A DNA stretch of 64,000 nucleotides, taken from assembly GCA_963707215.1 (NCBI GenBank), contig CAVPPB010000003.1:1440001-1504000 (forward strand), written 5' to 3'. Positions 19,486-30,021 of this stretch are shown here, piece after piece; position 1 is the stretch's first letter; every line of letters begins with the position of its first letter. Below the pieces are notes generated by a model. It was not told the origin of the DNA. It worked only from the letters and a program-made list of their open reading frames with translations, and did no database searches. The stretch comes from an uncultured Chloroflexia bacterium (lineage in GTDB: Bacteria > Chloroflexota > Limnocylindria > Limnocylindrales > CSP1-4). The translations under genes were made by a program, and so were the position numbers.

Positions 19486-20991
19486 GTGCCGGACGGGAAA
19501 CCCAACATCGTCGTCTTCTGGGGCGATGACATCGGGATCACGAACCTCAGCTGCTACAGCGACGGCCTCATGGGCTACCGGACCCCGAACATCGACCGGG
19601 TCGCGGCCGAGGGCGTCCGATTCACCAATTCGTACGGGGAACAGAGCTGCACCGCCGGTCGGTCGGCCTTCATCACCGGCCAGAGCGTCTACCGGACGGG
19701 CCTGAGCAAGGTAGGGTTCCCCGGAGCGGCGATCGGCATGCCGGCCGAGGACCCGACCATCGCCGACCTCCTCAAGGTCCAGGGCTACGCCACCGGGCAG
19801 TTCGGCAAGAACCACCTGGGCGACCGGGATGAGCACCTGCCGACGAGACACGGCTTCGACGAGTTCTTCGGCAACCTCTACCACCTCAACGCGGAGGAGG
19901 AGCCGGAGCACCCGGACTACCCGGACCCGGAGCGGTATCCGAACTTCAAGGGCAACTACGGGCCCCGGGGCGTCCTGCGCTGCAGGGCGAAGCCTGACGG
20001 GACCCAGGAGATCGAGGACACGGGCCCGCTGACGAAGAAGCGGATGGAGACGATCGACGACGAGATCGTCGACGCCGCCATCGACTACATCGACCGACAG
20101 CATGCCGAGGGCGCGCCATTCTTCACCTGGATCAACACGACCCACATGCACTTCCGGACGCATCCGAAGCCCGAGAGCATCGGCCAGTCGGGCAAGTGGC
20201 AATCCGCGTACCACGACACGATGATCGACCACGATCGGCACGTGGGACGGGTGCTCGACAAGCTGGATGAGCTGGGCATCGCCGACGACACGATCTTCGT
20301 GTACTCGACCGACAACGGGCCCCACATGAACACCTGGCCCGACGGCGCCATGACGCCCTTCCGGTCCGAGAAGAACACCAACTGGGAGGGTGCGTTCCGC
20401 GTTCCCGAGATGGTCCGCTGGCCGGGCCACATCCCGGCCGGTGCCGTCCTCAACGGCATCGTCAGCCACATGGACTGGCTGCCGACCTTGCTGGCCGCGG
20501 CGGGCGAACCGGCGATCAAGGACAAGCTCCTCGACGGCTACGAGGCCGGCGACACGACCTTCAAGGTCCACCTCGACGGCTACGACCTGCTGCCGTACCT
20601 GACGGGCAAGGCCGACCAGAGCCCGCGGACCGAGTTCTTCTACTTCTCGGACGACGGGGACCTGGTGGCCATGCGCTATGACAACTGGAAGCTGGTGTTC
20701 ATGGAGCAGCGGCTGAGCGGGACCCTGCAGGTCTGGTTCGAACCCTTCGTGCCCCTCCGCGTCCCGCGGCTCTACAACCTCCGGACGGATCCGTTCGAGC
20801 GGGCGGACGTGACCTCGAACACCTACTGGGACTGGTTCATCGACCGCGCCTTCCTGGTCCTGCCCGCACAGAAGATCGTCGGCGACTTCCTGGGGACCTT
20901 CATCGAGTACCCGCCCCGGATGAAGGCCGCCAGCTTCACGATCGACCAGGTCCAGGCGCGCCTGGAGGCAGCGATCGGGGCCGGGCACTGA
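19486..20991 (+). CDS. Arylsulfatase (Cys-type, CTAGR motif)
   Basis: KPNIV..GDDIG, SCTAGRSAFITG, GKNHLG, STDNG, EGAFRVP. Confidence 0.95.
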   Translation: MPDGKPNIVVFWGDDIGITNLSCYSDGLMGYRTPNIDRVAAEGVRFTNSYGEQSCTAGRSAFITGQSVYRTGLSKVGFPGAAIGMPAEDPTIADLLKVQGYATGQFGKNHLGDRDEHLPTRHGFDEFFGNLYHLNAEEEPEHPDYPDPERYPNFKGNYGPRGVLRCRAKPDGTQEIEDTGPLTKKRMETIDDEIVDAAIDYIDRQHAEGAPFFTWINTTHMHFRTHPKPESIGQSGKWQSAYHDTMIDHDRHVGRVLDKLDELGIADDTIFVYSTDNGPHMNTWPDGAMTPFRSEKNTNWEGAFRVPEMVRWPGHIPAGAVLNGIVSHMDWLPTLLAAAGEPAIKDKLLDGYEAGDTTFKVHLDGYDLLPYLTGKADQSPRTEFFYFSDDGDLVAMRYDNWKLVFMEQRLSGTLQVWFEPFVPLRVPRLYNLRTDPFERADVTSNTYWDWFIDRAFLVLPAQKIVGDFLGTFIEYPPRMKAASFTIDQVQARLEAAIGAGH

Positions 20992-21053
20992 GCCTGGACA
21001 TCGCCCGGGCCCCGAGCGGCCGGTCGAACCTGCCCGAGCCGGATCCCAGCGAG

Positions 21054-22463
21054 ATGACCGCGTCCCAGCCGGCGGCGCCGCCGCGCTTCCACGTGATGGC
21101 CAAGCCGACGGGGGCGATCTGCAACCTCGGCTGCTCGTACTGCTTCTTCCTCGACAAGGAGGCGCTCTACCCGGGCTCGACGTTCCGGATGTCGGACGAG
21201 GTCCTTGAGCGGTACGTGGAGCAGCTGATCGCATCGCACCGCTCCGACACGGTGACGTTCGCCTGGCAGGGCGGCGAGCCGACCCTGATGGGGCTCGACT
21301 TCTTCCGCCGGGCCGTGGAGCTCCAGGAGCGTCACCGTCGCCCCGGGATGACGATCGAGAACACCCTCCAGACGAACGGGACGCGCCTGGACGACGAATG
21401 GGCCGCCTTCCTCGCCGAGCACAGCTTCCTCATCGGCATCTCGATGGACGGGCCGCGCGAGCTCCACGACGGCAACCGGGTCGACAAGGGCGGCAAGCCG
21501 ACCTTCGACCAGGTCATGCGGGGGTTGCGGCTCCTCCAGGCGCACGAGGTCGAGTACAACGTCCTGACGACGGTCAACCGCCTCAACGGGGACTACCCGC
21601 TGGAGGTCTATCGCTTCCTGCGTGATGACGTCGGCACCGACTGGATGCAGTTCATCCCCGTCGTCGAGCGCCTCGACGAGGCCAGCCTCCCCGATCCGAT
21701 GCACGGCTCGGTCGCCTCTCCGCGATCCGTCGAGCCGGAGCAGTTCGGACGGTTCCTCATCGGCATCTTCGACGAGTGGGTCCGCCATGACGTCGGCCGG
21801 GTCTTCGTGCAGACGTTCGAGGCCGCGCTGCGGAACTTCTACGGGACAGCTGGGTCAGGCCTCTGCGTCTTCGACGAGACCTGCGGGGCCGGGCTGGCCC
21901 TGGAGCACACCGGCGACCTCTACTCGTGTGACCACTTCGTGGAGCCACAGCACCGGGTCGGCAACATCCGGGAGCTGCCGATGCTCGACCTGGTCGGCTC
22001 GCAACAGCAGCTCGCGTTCGGCGCCGCGAAGCGCGACACCCTGCCCCGGATGTGCCGGGAGTGCGACGTCCGCTTCGCCTGCCACGGCGAGTGCCCCAAA
22101 AACCGCTTCCTGACGACGCCCGACGGCGAGCCCGGTCTCAACTACCTGTGCGCCGGGTACATGGCCTTCTTCCGCCACATCGACCGGCCGGCGCGGATCA
22201 TCGTCCAGCTGCTCAAGACCGGCAGGGAGGCGTCGGAGGTGATGCCCCTCCTGGCCGGCCGGGACGCCGAGATCGCGGCAGCCGTGCTCGCCGCCGGTCG
22301 CAACGACCCATGTCCCTGCGGCAGCGGGCTCAAGGTGAAGCGCTGCCACGGCGAGACGTCGGAGGGCGCGCCGATCGACCTGTCCGGGATCCCGCTGGGG
22401 ACCCCGCGCCCGCCGGTCGGCCGACCAGGTACCGACGAGGCCGACGCGAGGGGCACGCCGTGA
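21054..22463 (+). CDS. Anaerobic sulfatase maturase (radical SAM/SPASM) with SEC-C motif
   Basis: CNLGCSYC, QGGEPTL, SPASM cysteines (CDHFV, CRECDVRFACHGECPK), GRNDPCPCGSG.K.KRCHG. Confidence 0.95.
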   Translation: MTASQPAAPPRFHVMAKPTGAICNLGCSYCFFLDKEALYPGSTFRMSDEVLERYVEQLIASHRSDTVTFAWQGGEPTLMGLDFFRRAVELQERHRRPGMTIENTLQTNGTRLDDEWAAFLAEHSFLIGISMDGPRELHDGNRVDKGGKPTFDQVMRGLRLLQAHEVEYNVLTTVNRLNGDYPLEVYRFLRDDVGTDWMQFIPVVERLDEASLPDPMHGSVASPRSVEPEQFGRFLIGIFDEWVRHDVGRVFVQTFEAALRNFYGTAGSGLCVFDETCGAGLALEHTGDLYSCDHFVEPQHRVGNIRELPMLDLVGSQQQLAFGAAKRDTLPRMCRECDVRFACHGECPKNRFLTTPDGEPGLNYLCAGYMAFFRHIDRPARIIVQLLKTGREASEVMPLLAGRDAEIAAAVLAAGRNDPCPCGSGLKVKRCHGETSEGAPIDLSGIPLGTPRPPVGRPGTDEADARGTP

Positions 22464-23146
22464 GCGCGCCGTCCGCCGGACCACGGCTGTCGACGGAGCC
22501 GGTGACGGAGGTCGGCAGACGCCTGACGACGGCCGCCGGGCTCGCCGGCCTCCTGTTCGCCGTCCTCTTCATCGGATCGTTCGCCCTCCTGCGGGTCGGC
22601 GTCCCGCCATCCGATGGAGCGGCGTTCGCGGATTGGTGGGAGGCCAACCGCCAGCGCGCCGCCGTCGGGACCTACCTGATCCCGTTCACCGGCATCGCCT
22701 TCCTGTGGTTCGTCGCCGCGGTCCGCCAGCGGATCGGCCGGCTCGAGGGACTCTTCTTCTCGACGATCTTCCTGGGCAGCGCCCTCCTCCTGGTGGCGAC
22801 GGTCTTCGTGACCGGCGCGGCCTCGGGCGCCACGATCGCCGCGGCGGACAGCCTCGACACCCGGCGCGCCGCGGAGGTGGCCGCGTTCAGCCACGCGTTC
22901 GCCTACGCGCTCTTCTTCGGCTTCACCGTGAAGATGGGAGCGATGTTCATGCTGGTCGTCGCGAGCATCGGACGCGGGACGACGGTGCTGCCGCGCTGGC
23001 TCGTCCTCCTGACGACCCTGCTCGGGATCGCCCTGCTCCTCGTCGTCGGCATCTGGGAGATCACCGCGCTCGTCTTCCCGGTCTGGGTCGCGGTCGTGAG
23101 CCTCATGATCATCCGGGCCAGCCTCGAGCGCGAGCAGGGCGGCTGA
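22460..23146 (+). CDS. Hypothetical integral membrane protein
   Basis: GTGA overlap with maturase; about 6 hydrophobic segments. Confidence 0.75.
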   Translation: MSAPSAGPRLSTEPVTEVGRRLTTAAGLAGLLFAVLFIGSFALLRVGVPPSDGAAFADWWEANRQRAAVGTYLIPFTGIAFLWFVAAVRQRIGRLEGLFFSTIFLGSALLLVATVFVTGAASGATIAAADSLDTRRAAEVAAFSHAFAYALFFGFTVKMGAMFMLVVASIGRGTTVLPRWLVLLTTLLGIALLLVVGIWEITALVFPVWVAVVSLMIIRASLEREQGG

Positions 23147-23208
23147 GGGAGCGAACGCCCGAGAGCCAACCGCAGCCGACGTCGCGGCCCGGTCGCGCCG
23201 CACGAGAA

Positions 23209-23239
23209 GAGGGCCCTCCGCTCCGGGCGGAGGGCCCTC
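23209..23239. terminator. Hairpin between convergent operons (possible bidirectional terminator)
   Basis: GAGGGCCCTCCGC-TCCGG-GCGGAGGGCCCTC 13-bp stem. Confidence 0.65.
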
Positions 23240-23271
23240 GATCGGCCGATGTCAGGTCGACGCTCGGTCGT

Positions 23272-24678
23272 CTACCAGGTGCACTCGTTGGGTGGATCGG
23301 CCGGGTCGCACTCGGCCTCGGTCTTGATCGCGTCGAGGATCTCGAGCCCCTTGTCGGCATCGAGGAGGACAGGATCGCCGAACGACCCATCCTCGTTGAA
23401 CTGGATGTACGACGGGGTGACGGCGTTCACGCCACCACTGGTGTACGTGCCGGGGCCCGTGACGCCTTCGTAGTCGACGTCCTTGCCCTCGCGGATCATC
23501 GCCAGGCAGTCGGCGTACGTGTAGCACGCCTCGCCGCCGTCGCCGACCTCGAACATGGCCGGAGCCCACGCACTCGCCTTGTACGAGCCGGCGGCCTCGA
23601 CGGCGAGCGCCGTCTGCACCAACAGGTCGTAGGTCGAGAAGGCATAGGGGTTGTACGCGTCATACGGCGGGCACTCGGCCACGCCCTCGGCGCAGCCGGT
23701 CTGGCCGTCCCACAGCGGCTGGAAGAACGCCCAGGCATCGTTCTCGGTATTCGGCGAGAAGGAGGCGAACCCGATGCCCTTCTGGGTCGCGATGGGCTCG
23801 TTGCCCAGCGATCCGATGAACTCGGCCTCGCTCCAGCCGGTCTCGCCGATCCAGTAGAGCGACAGGCCAGCCTCGGCCGCCGCCTTGATCAGGGTCGCGG
23901 ATTCCACCGAGCCAGCCTGGATGAGCACGGCGTCGGGGTCCAGCTCGGCGATCTTCTGGGCCTCGGCCCGGTAGGACGACTGCAGGGCCGGCGCGTCGAT
24001 CCGGGCCAGGACGTTGAGCCCGAGGATCTCGGCAGCCGTCTCGTTCGCATCCGCCGCGAGCTGGAAGCCCTCGACCTGGGTCGCGAAGATGACGACATCC
24101 GTGGCACCGATCTGCTCGGCGTACAGGCTGCCGTAGGTCCCCAGCGCCTCGTCGAGGCCCTGCGCCCGGAAGATCGGCTCACCGGCCTTGCCGCCGAGGT
24201 TGCCGGGGATGGCCCCGCCGTGGACCGACGGTCCGAGCGGGGAGTCGTTCTCCTGCCAGTACTCGATCATGTAGTCACGGTAGGTCCGGTACTGGTGAGC
24301 GATGCTCACCACGATCTCGGCGCCGTGCTGCTCGAGGCAGGTCTTCGCCGCCTGGCCTTCCATGCTGTCCCCGATGTCCTCGGAGATCAGCTCCCAGGTC
24401 CGGCCGAGCGGCGGGTCGGCGTTGATGACCTCATCGATCGGGAAACGCACGTCGTTCGTGAGGGACGGTCCGTACGACGCGAACTCGCCCGTGTAGTAGG
24501 CGAGCTCACAGACGACGACCGGCTCGGTCGACATCGACGGCTCGGCGCTGGCCGCCGCGCTCGGCTCGGCGCTCTCGCCCGGGGACTGGGTGGCGCCGCT
24601 GGTGCAGGCGGTGACCAGCAGGGCCAGTGCCGCGGTCAAGACCACGATGCGGCCCGGCTTCAGCAGATCGATTCTCAT
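23272..24678 (-). CDS. HAAT (LivJ-like) ABC substrate-binding lipoprotein
   Basis: Lipobox VTAC; acidic type-I periplasmic-binding fold; CYTYADC..DVDYEGVTG. Confidence 0.85.
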   Translation of the reverse strand: MRIDLLKPGRIVVLTAALALLVTACTSGATQSPGESAEPSAAASAEPSMSTEPVVVCELAYYTGEFASYGPSLTNDVRFPIDEVINADPPLGRTWELISEDIGDSMEGQAAKTCLEQHGAEIVVSIAHQYRTYRDYMIEYWQENDSPLGPSVHGGAIPGNLGGKAGEPIFRAQGLDEALGTYGSLYAEQIGATDVVIFATQVEGFQLAADANETAAEILGLNVLARIDAPALQSSYRAEAQKIAELDPDAVLIQAGSVESATLIKAAAEAGLSLYWIGETGWSEAEFIGSLGNEPIATQKGIGFASFSPNTENDAWAFFQPLWDGQTGCAEGVAECPPYDAYNPYAFSTYDLLVQTALAVEAAGSYKASAWAPAMFEVGDGGEACYTYADCLAMIREGKDVDYEGVTGPGTYTSGGVNAVTPSYIQFNEDGSFGDPVLLDADKGLEILDAIKTEAECDPADPPNECTW

Positions 24679-24754
24679 CAGCGATCCTCCTCCTGTTCGG
24701 GATGCCTAGCCCTGGATAGCGGGCCGGGGCGGCCCGGGTTCGATTGACGAACGA

Positions 24755-25471
24755 TTAGATCCGGTAGGCCTCCTTCAACTGCTGGGTCGTCAGCTCGGCG
24801 GCATCCATGACCGCGAACGCCTCGCCGAGGCTCAGGACCATCACCCGGTCGGCCACCTGGAGCGCCTTCGTGGCGTTCTGCTCGGCGAGGACGATGGCGA
24901 CGCCCGCGGGTCTGATGGATCTCGGTGATCTTCTCGAAGAAGTGGTCGACGTACAGGGGGGAGAGCCCGGCCGTCGGCTCGTCGAGGAGCAGGATCCGGG
25001 GCTCCTGCATCAGGGCACGGCCGCAGGCCACCATCCTCGACTCGCCGCCGCTGAGCGTGCCGGCAGGCTGCCGCTGGAGGTCCTTCAGGGCCGGGAACAG
25101 CTCGAGTATCTCGGCGATGCGCTCGTCCCGCGGCCGTTGGCCGATCATCCCACCGACGCTCAGGTTCTCGAGGACCGTGAGGTTCGTGAAGACGCCCTTC
25201 TCCTGGGGCACGTAGCCGATGCCGCGGCCCGCCGTCTCATAGGGCGCCATGGCCGACACGTCCTCGCCCTGGAACCGGATCGCGCCGCCCATCGGCGGGA
25301 TGAGGCGGGCGAGCGTCGCCAGTAGCGTCGTCTTGCCGGCCCCGTTGGCGCCCAGAACCGCGAAGATCTCGTCGCCGACGGAGAAGTCGAGACCTTTCAG
25401 CACGGTCACGCCGTGGTAGCCGCTGCGCAGGCCCTGCACCTCGAGGTCGCGGAGGGGGATGGCTCAGACAT
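24755..25471 (-). CDS. LivF-like ABC ATPase, frameshifted
   Basis: GANGAGKTT, LSGGE, LLLDEPT; indels near 25445 and 24905; proper end ...AEQNA...LKEAYRI* (TAA 24755-24757). Confidence 0.8.
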
Positions 25472-26276
25472 GGCCCTCTCCCAGGTAGCTCTCGACGACG
25501 GTGTGGTTCTCGCGGATCGACTGCGGGTCGCCCCGCAGGACGACCTTGCCCTCGGCCATGAAGTGGACGATCTCGCAGAGGTTCCAGATGACGTTGAGGT
25601 CGTGCTCGACGATCACGACCGAGGTGCCGGCCGCCGAGATCTCCTTGATCACGTCCATGACCTTCTCGGTGATCTCGTCGGGGAGGCCGGCGGTCGGCTC
25701 GTCGAGGAGCAGGAACGTGGGCTTCAGGAGCAGGCAGCGGACGATGTCGAGGAGCTTCTTCTCGCCCGCGGACATGGCGAAGCCGTCGGGGTCCTGGAAC
25801 CCGAAGTAGTCGAGGTAGCGACGGATCTCCGCTTCGTGGCGCTTGGAAGACCGGCTGCTCGCTGAACACCCGCGCCGGCGTGCTCGAACCGGGCCTCGGT
25901 GACCGAGAGGAGGGTCGAGTCCCAGATGGTCAGCTTGGGGAAGTCCATGATGACCTGGTTGCTCTTGACCACGCCGTGGTGCGACAGCTCGTGGGCAGGC
26001 GAGATCGGAGAGCACGACCGCCGACCCCGCCGGCGGCGCGAGGGTGATCGTTCCCCGGTCGAGCGGCGTCGAGTGCATGATCATCCGCATCAACGTCGTC
26101 TTGCCGGCGCCGTTCGGCCCGATCAGGCCCTCGATCGGCCGCTCGCCGAGGACGAGGTCGTCCACGTCCACGACCACTCGACCCGAGAAGCTCTTGACCG
26201 CGTTCTGGACCCGGATCCTGGGACGGGCCGACGACGCGGTTTCGACGACCGGGGTCCCGACCACGTCACTTGCCAT
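25464..26276 (-). CDS. LivG-like ABC ATPase with internal compensating frameshifts
   Basis: GPNGAGKTT, MSAGEKK, LLLDEPT, VEHDL, VVESYLG; VVKSNQ segment lies in another frame. Confidence 0.8.
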   Translation of the reverse strand: MASDVVGTPVVETASSARPRIRVQNAVKSFSGRVVVDVDDLVLGERPIEGLIGPNGAGKTTLMRMIMHSTPLDRGTITLAPPAGSAVVLSDLACPRAVAPRRGQEQPGHHGLPQADHLGLDPPLGHRGPVRARRRGCSASSRSSKRHEAEIRRYLDYFGFQDPDGFAMSAGEKKLLDIVRCLLLKPTFLLLDEPTAGLPDEITEKVMDVIKEISAAGTSVVIVEHDLNVIWNLCEIVHFMAEGKVVLRGDPQSIRENHTVVESYLGEGHV

Positions 26277-27216
26277 GGATCTTCCCCATGAGCTTGTCGC
26301 GCCGCATGTCGCCGAGGATGCCGAGCGGGCGGAACAGCAGGATGATGATGAGGGTCGCGCCGAAGACCGCCTCGCGCAGGACGGGGATCGCCTGCGTGTA
26401 CCACTCGCGCGGGAGCGGCAGGTAGGCCTGGATCACGATGTCGAAGAGCCCGACGGTCAGGATGACCCCGATGACGCCGCCCCAGACGCGCGCCGTGCCA
26501 CCCAGGACGAGGCCCACGATCGCGGCGAGCGTGACGCCGACGCCGATCTGGCCGACATCGAGGAACCGCACCATCACCCCGTACATCGCACCGAGCAGGC
26601 CCATGACCGCCGACGTGGAGGCGAACAGCCAGAGCTTGGTCCGGAAGGTGGACTTCCCGAGGCTGCGGGCGAGCGGCTCGTTGCCACCGACGGAGATGAG
26701 CAGGCGACCGTACGGCGACCGATGCACCAGCCAGACGTAGACGAGGATCGCGGCAACGACGGCGCTCAGGATCACGAGCCAGAGGAACTCGTTCTCCTTG
26801 ACGGTGCCGATGTCGTACGGGAAGCGGAGCCCGCCCATGCCTCGCGCTCCACCGGTCCAGTCGTCCTGGGTGGTCGCCAGGATCTGGACCGCGGAAGCGA
26901 ACCCGAGCGTGACGACGAGGACCCCGTCGATGTCCAGGTCGGCGATCAGCCACCCGACGAGGAGCCCGGCCAGGCCGGCCACGATCATCGCGGCGATGGC
27001 GCAGACCAGGAACTGCCAGGGATCCCCGAACGGCCAGTCGAGCTGAACGTACAGCACGCCGAAGGTGTACATCCCGAGCCCCCAGAACCCGACCACGCCG
27101 AAGTTCGCGATCCGGGCGAGGCCCAGCTGGAGGTGGAGCAGCAGCGCGAGGCCGATGACCATCGCGACGTCGAACAGGCCCGTGATCAGGAAGGCGTCGA
27201 GCCAGTCGATGGGCAT
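26266..27216 (-). CDS. LivM-like branched-chain amino acid ABC permease
   Basis: LQLGLARIANFG, TGGARG, SPYGRLL, LVLGG, LFRPLGILG. Confidence 0.9.
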   Translation of the reverse strand: MPIDWLDAFLITGLFDVAMVIGLALLLHLQLGLARIANFGVVGFWGLGMYTFGVLYVQLDWPFGDPWQFLVCAIAAMIVAGLAGLLVGWLIADLDIDGVLVVTLGFASAVQILATTQDDWTGGARGMGGLRFPYDIGTVKENEFLWLVILSAVVAAILVYVWLVHRSPYGRLLISVGGNEPLARSLGKSTFRTKLWLFASTSAVMGLLGAMYGVMVRFLDVGQIGVGVTLAAIVGLVLGGTARVWGGVIGVILTVGLFDIVIQAYLPLPREWYTQAIPVLREAVFGATLIIILLFRPLGILGDMRRDKLMGKIHGK

Positions 27217-27221
27217 GGCGA

Positions 27222-28094
27222 CTACACCTTCGCCGTCTCGGTGAGCCGCGTGCCACGGACCTTCAGCACGATGATGAAGGCGACGATCAGCACGAGCTCG
27301 GCGTAGAGGATCTGGTCGAACTGGAGGGCCATGGCGGCCATCGCGATGCTGGCCCCCATGCCGACGAGGATGACCCCGCCGATCCCCCAGGCCCCGCCGA
27401 CGAGGACGATCATCAGGACCAGGAGGAGCTCGCGCCAACCCAGCAGCGGCGACACGGACGAACCGACGCCGAGGAAGGCGCCGGCCAGCCCGCCGGCGAC
27501 ACCGGCGATGAACCAGATCAGGATCGTCACGACGAGCGGTCGGATCCCGCTCACCTGGGCCAGGTTCTCGTCGCTGGCGAGGGCCCGGATCTTCAGGCCG
27601 TAGCTCGACCGCTGGATGAAGAGGTAGAGCAGGAGCGAGAGGGCCGCGACGCTGGCGACGGCCAGGAGCCGGAACGACGTGATCCCGACCCCGAGCACGA
27701 AGATCGTGTCGGGCGGCGGGACCTCGTAGAAGCGCGTCGCGTAGCCGAAGATGAACTGGAGGCCATGCCGCAGGAAGATCGACAGCCCGAAGGAGATGAT
27801 GATCATCTCGAGCATGCCGACGTTCCGCCGTTTGGCTGGGCGGAAGACCACGAGGTATGTCGCGACGCTCACGACACCGGCGAGCAGCCCGGCCGGGAGC
27901 ACCACGGCGTAGAAGTCGAGACCGAACGAGGTGTTCAGCCACATCCCGAAGTAGGCCCCGAGCGTGATGGTCTCCGCGTAGGCGACGTTGATGAGGCCCG
28001 TGAGCCGGTACAGCAGAGCGAAGCCGATCGCAGCCAGGACCAGGGGCGCATTCTCGACCAGGCCGATCACCAGGGGCTGCGTCACGAGATCCAT
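27222..28094 (-). CDS. LivH-like branched-chain amino acid ABC permease
   Basis: AIGFALLYRLTGLINVA, YGLKIRALASDENLAQVSGI. Confidence 0.9.
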   Translation of the reverse strand: MDLVTQPLVIGLVENAPLVLAAIGFALLYRLTGLINVAYAETITLGAYFGMWLNTSFGLDFYAVVLPAGLLAGVVSVATYLVVFRPAKRRNVGMLEMIIISFGLSIFLRHGLQFIFGYATRFYEVPPPDTIFVLGVGITSFRLLAVASVAALSLLLYLFIQRSSYGLKIRALASDENLAQVSGIRPLVVTILIWFIAGVAGGLAGAFLGVGSSVSPLLGWRELLLVLMIVLVGGAWGIGGVILVGMGASIAMAAMALQFDQILYAELVLIVAFIIVLKVRGTRLTETAKV

Positions 28095-28230
28095 CAGCGG
28101 GCGCGCCTCAGGCCGACCATGCGTGGTCGAAGCCCGCCGCCGGGCCACATCGCGGGGATCGGTCGCTGCCGAGACAACCCCTTCTGATCACCGATGAGTC
28201 TCCTGGCGGCGCAGGGGCGTTCCGCCCCAT

Positions 28231-28272
28231 CATCGATAATCGATGGTAGATGCTCGCGCGAGCGCGCGTCAA
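28231..28272 (-). promoter_or_regulatory. Sigma70-type promoter TTGACG-N18-TACCAT with overlapping palindrome CATCGAT-A-ATCGATG
   Basis: -35 at 28267-28272, -10 at 28243-28248, palindrome 28231-28245, upstream of the liv-like operon. Confidence 0.6.
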
Positions 28273-28481
28273 TCTGCATGCCCCTCCGATCCAGCACCAC
28301 ATGCCAGCGCGATCGTAGCCATCGTCAGCGACGGACCGGCCGGTCCGATCGGCCCGTCTGATGGGGACCTGCCGACCCGTTGTCGACCACGGTCCCTCGG
28401 CCGTGGCACGATGCGGTGGATCGCCGGATCGCGGCCAGGCCGCGGTCGCACGTCCAGGCCACCTTTCCAGCGGAGCGTCCC

Positions 28482-29315
28482 GTGCACGAGCCCCCGCAGA
28501 CCCCGTCCATCGTCCCGGCGACATCGACGTCGGCCGCCGACCGACGGATGCCGGCCATCTACCTCGGCCACGGCGCCCCCACGCTGCTCGACGATGCCGA
28601 GTGGATGGGCGAGCTGGGCGATTGGGCGTCGGCCCTACCGCGACCGAGCGCCATCCTCATCGTCAGCGCCCACTGGCAGACCGCCCCGATGGCGCTCAGC
28701 GCGACCCGGTCGGTGCCGCTCGTCTACGACTTCTTCGGTTTCCCGCAGCGCTACTACGACCTCGAGTACCCGGCGCCGGGCGCGCCGGAGCTGGCTGCGA
28801 CGGTCCGCGGGCTGATGCCGCCGTCCGAACCGATCCTGGAGCGGGAGACCCGCGGGCTCGACCACGGCGCCTGGGTCCCCCTCATGGCGATGTACCCGCA
28901 GGCCGACGTTCCGGTGCTGCAGCTCTCCATGCCCGACCTGGACCCTGCGCACCTGTTCGAGGTCGGACGCCGCCTCGCCCCACTCCGGGACGAGGGGGTC
29001 CTCATCGTCGGCAGCGGCTTCCTGACCCACGGCCTGCCGTTCATCCACGAGTACTTCCTGGGCAAGCCGGGCGCGCCGCAATGGTCGATCGACTTCGACG
29101 CCTGGGCCCGCGAGACGCTGGAGCGCGGCGACCTGGACAGCCTGTTCGCGTTCCGCGAGAAGGCGCCCGGGATGCCCTACGCCCACCCGACCGTCGAGCA
29201 CTTCGCCCCGCTCTTCGTGACCCTGGGGGCCGCGGCCCGCCCGGACCGGGCCCCGACCTTCACCATCGAGGGCTACTTCTACGGGCTCTCCAAGCGCTCG
29301 TTCCAGGCGCGCTGA
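28482..29315 (+). CDS. DODA-type (class III, LigB-like) extradiol dioxygenase
   Basis: YLGHGAP, VSAHW, YDFFGFP, RGLDHGAW, GSGFLTH, AHPTVEHF; start could also be ATG 28548. Confidence 0.9.
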   Translation: MHEPPQTPSIVPATSTSAADRRMPAIYLGHGAPTLLDDAEWMGELGDWASALPRPSAILIVSAHWQTAPMALSATRSVPLVYDFFGFPQRYYDLEYPAPGAPELAATVRGLMPPSEPILERETRGLDHGAWVPLMAMYPQADVPVLQLSMPDLDPAHLFEVGRRLAPLRDEGVLIVGSGFLTHGLPFIHEYFLGKPGAPQWSIDFDAWARETLERGDLDSLFAFREKAPGMPYAHPTVEHFAPLFVTLGAAARPDRAPTFTIEGYFYGLSKRSFQAR

Positions 29316-29348
29316 GCGGATCGTCCGGGACGGGGTTTCAAGTCGTCG

Positions 29349-30021
29349 CTAGCCCTGTGGCTCCGCGGGTCCGGGCTCACCCGGCACCGCCGCCGCGACG
29401 GGACGACGCACCGCGGCCGCGAGGGTCCGCCAGACCCCGAGGTCGCTGTCGATCCCGCGGCGGCGCCGGATCCACGACAGGACCGCATGCGACGTGTCGG
29501 TGAGCAGCCGCAGGCCGACCTCCAGGCCGATGAGGAAGAGGATCATCTCCTCGGTCAACCCGACGATGTCCTGGCGCTCGGTGAGCTCGAGGATCCGATC
29601 CTGCCAGTCCACGGAACCTCCCGTGAGCAGGACGAAGGCGAAGGCCAAGCGGCACGGCCTTGGAAAGCTCCTGGGACGTCTTCTGGCGGACGTAGGCGAG
29701 GATCCGCGCGGCCGCCACGACGGCGACGGCGACCAGCCCCACGTTGCCCAGACGATCGGACGAGCTCACGAAGGTCAGGGCGAGCTCCAGGATGATCGTC
29801 CAAACCACGACGAGGAACGGGATCCCGATGCCGACGGTCAGCAGGTACACGATCCCGACGAACCAGCGGCGCGACGAGATCCGGCGAGCGATGCGGGTCG
29901 TCCGCCGCACGAGCACGTCGCGGGTCGACAGCGACTCGTAGAAGGCCACGGCGAACAGGAAGCCGAGCGCGATGACCGAGCTCAGCACCAGGAGCTCGGT
30001 GAACGTCTCGTCCTCGACCAT
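29349..30021 (-). CDS. Hypothetical membrane protein, frameshifted near 29650
   Basis: ORF 29377-30021 (..RILAY..ELSKAVPL) continues in ORF 29349-29648 (AFAFVLL..LEVGLRLL). Confidence 0.65.

Noticed and set aside
15725-23146. Genomic island integrated at tRNA-Thr
   Set aside because: No integrase and no duplicate of the tRNA 3' end found by eye in the window; no evident composition shift
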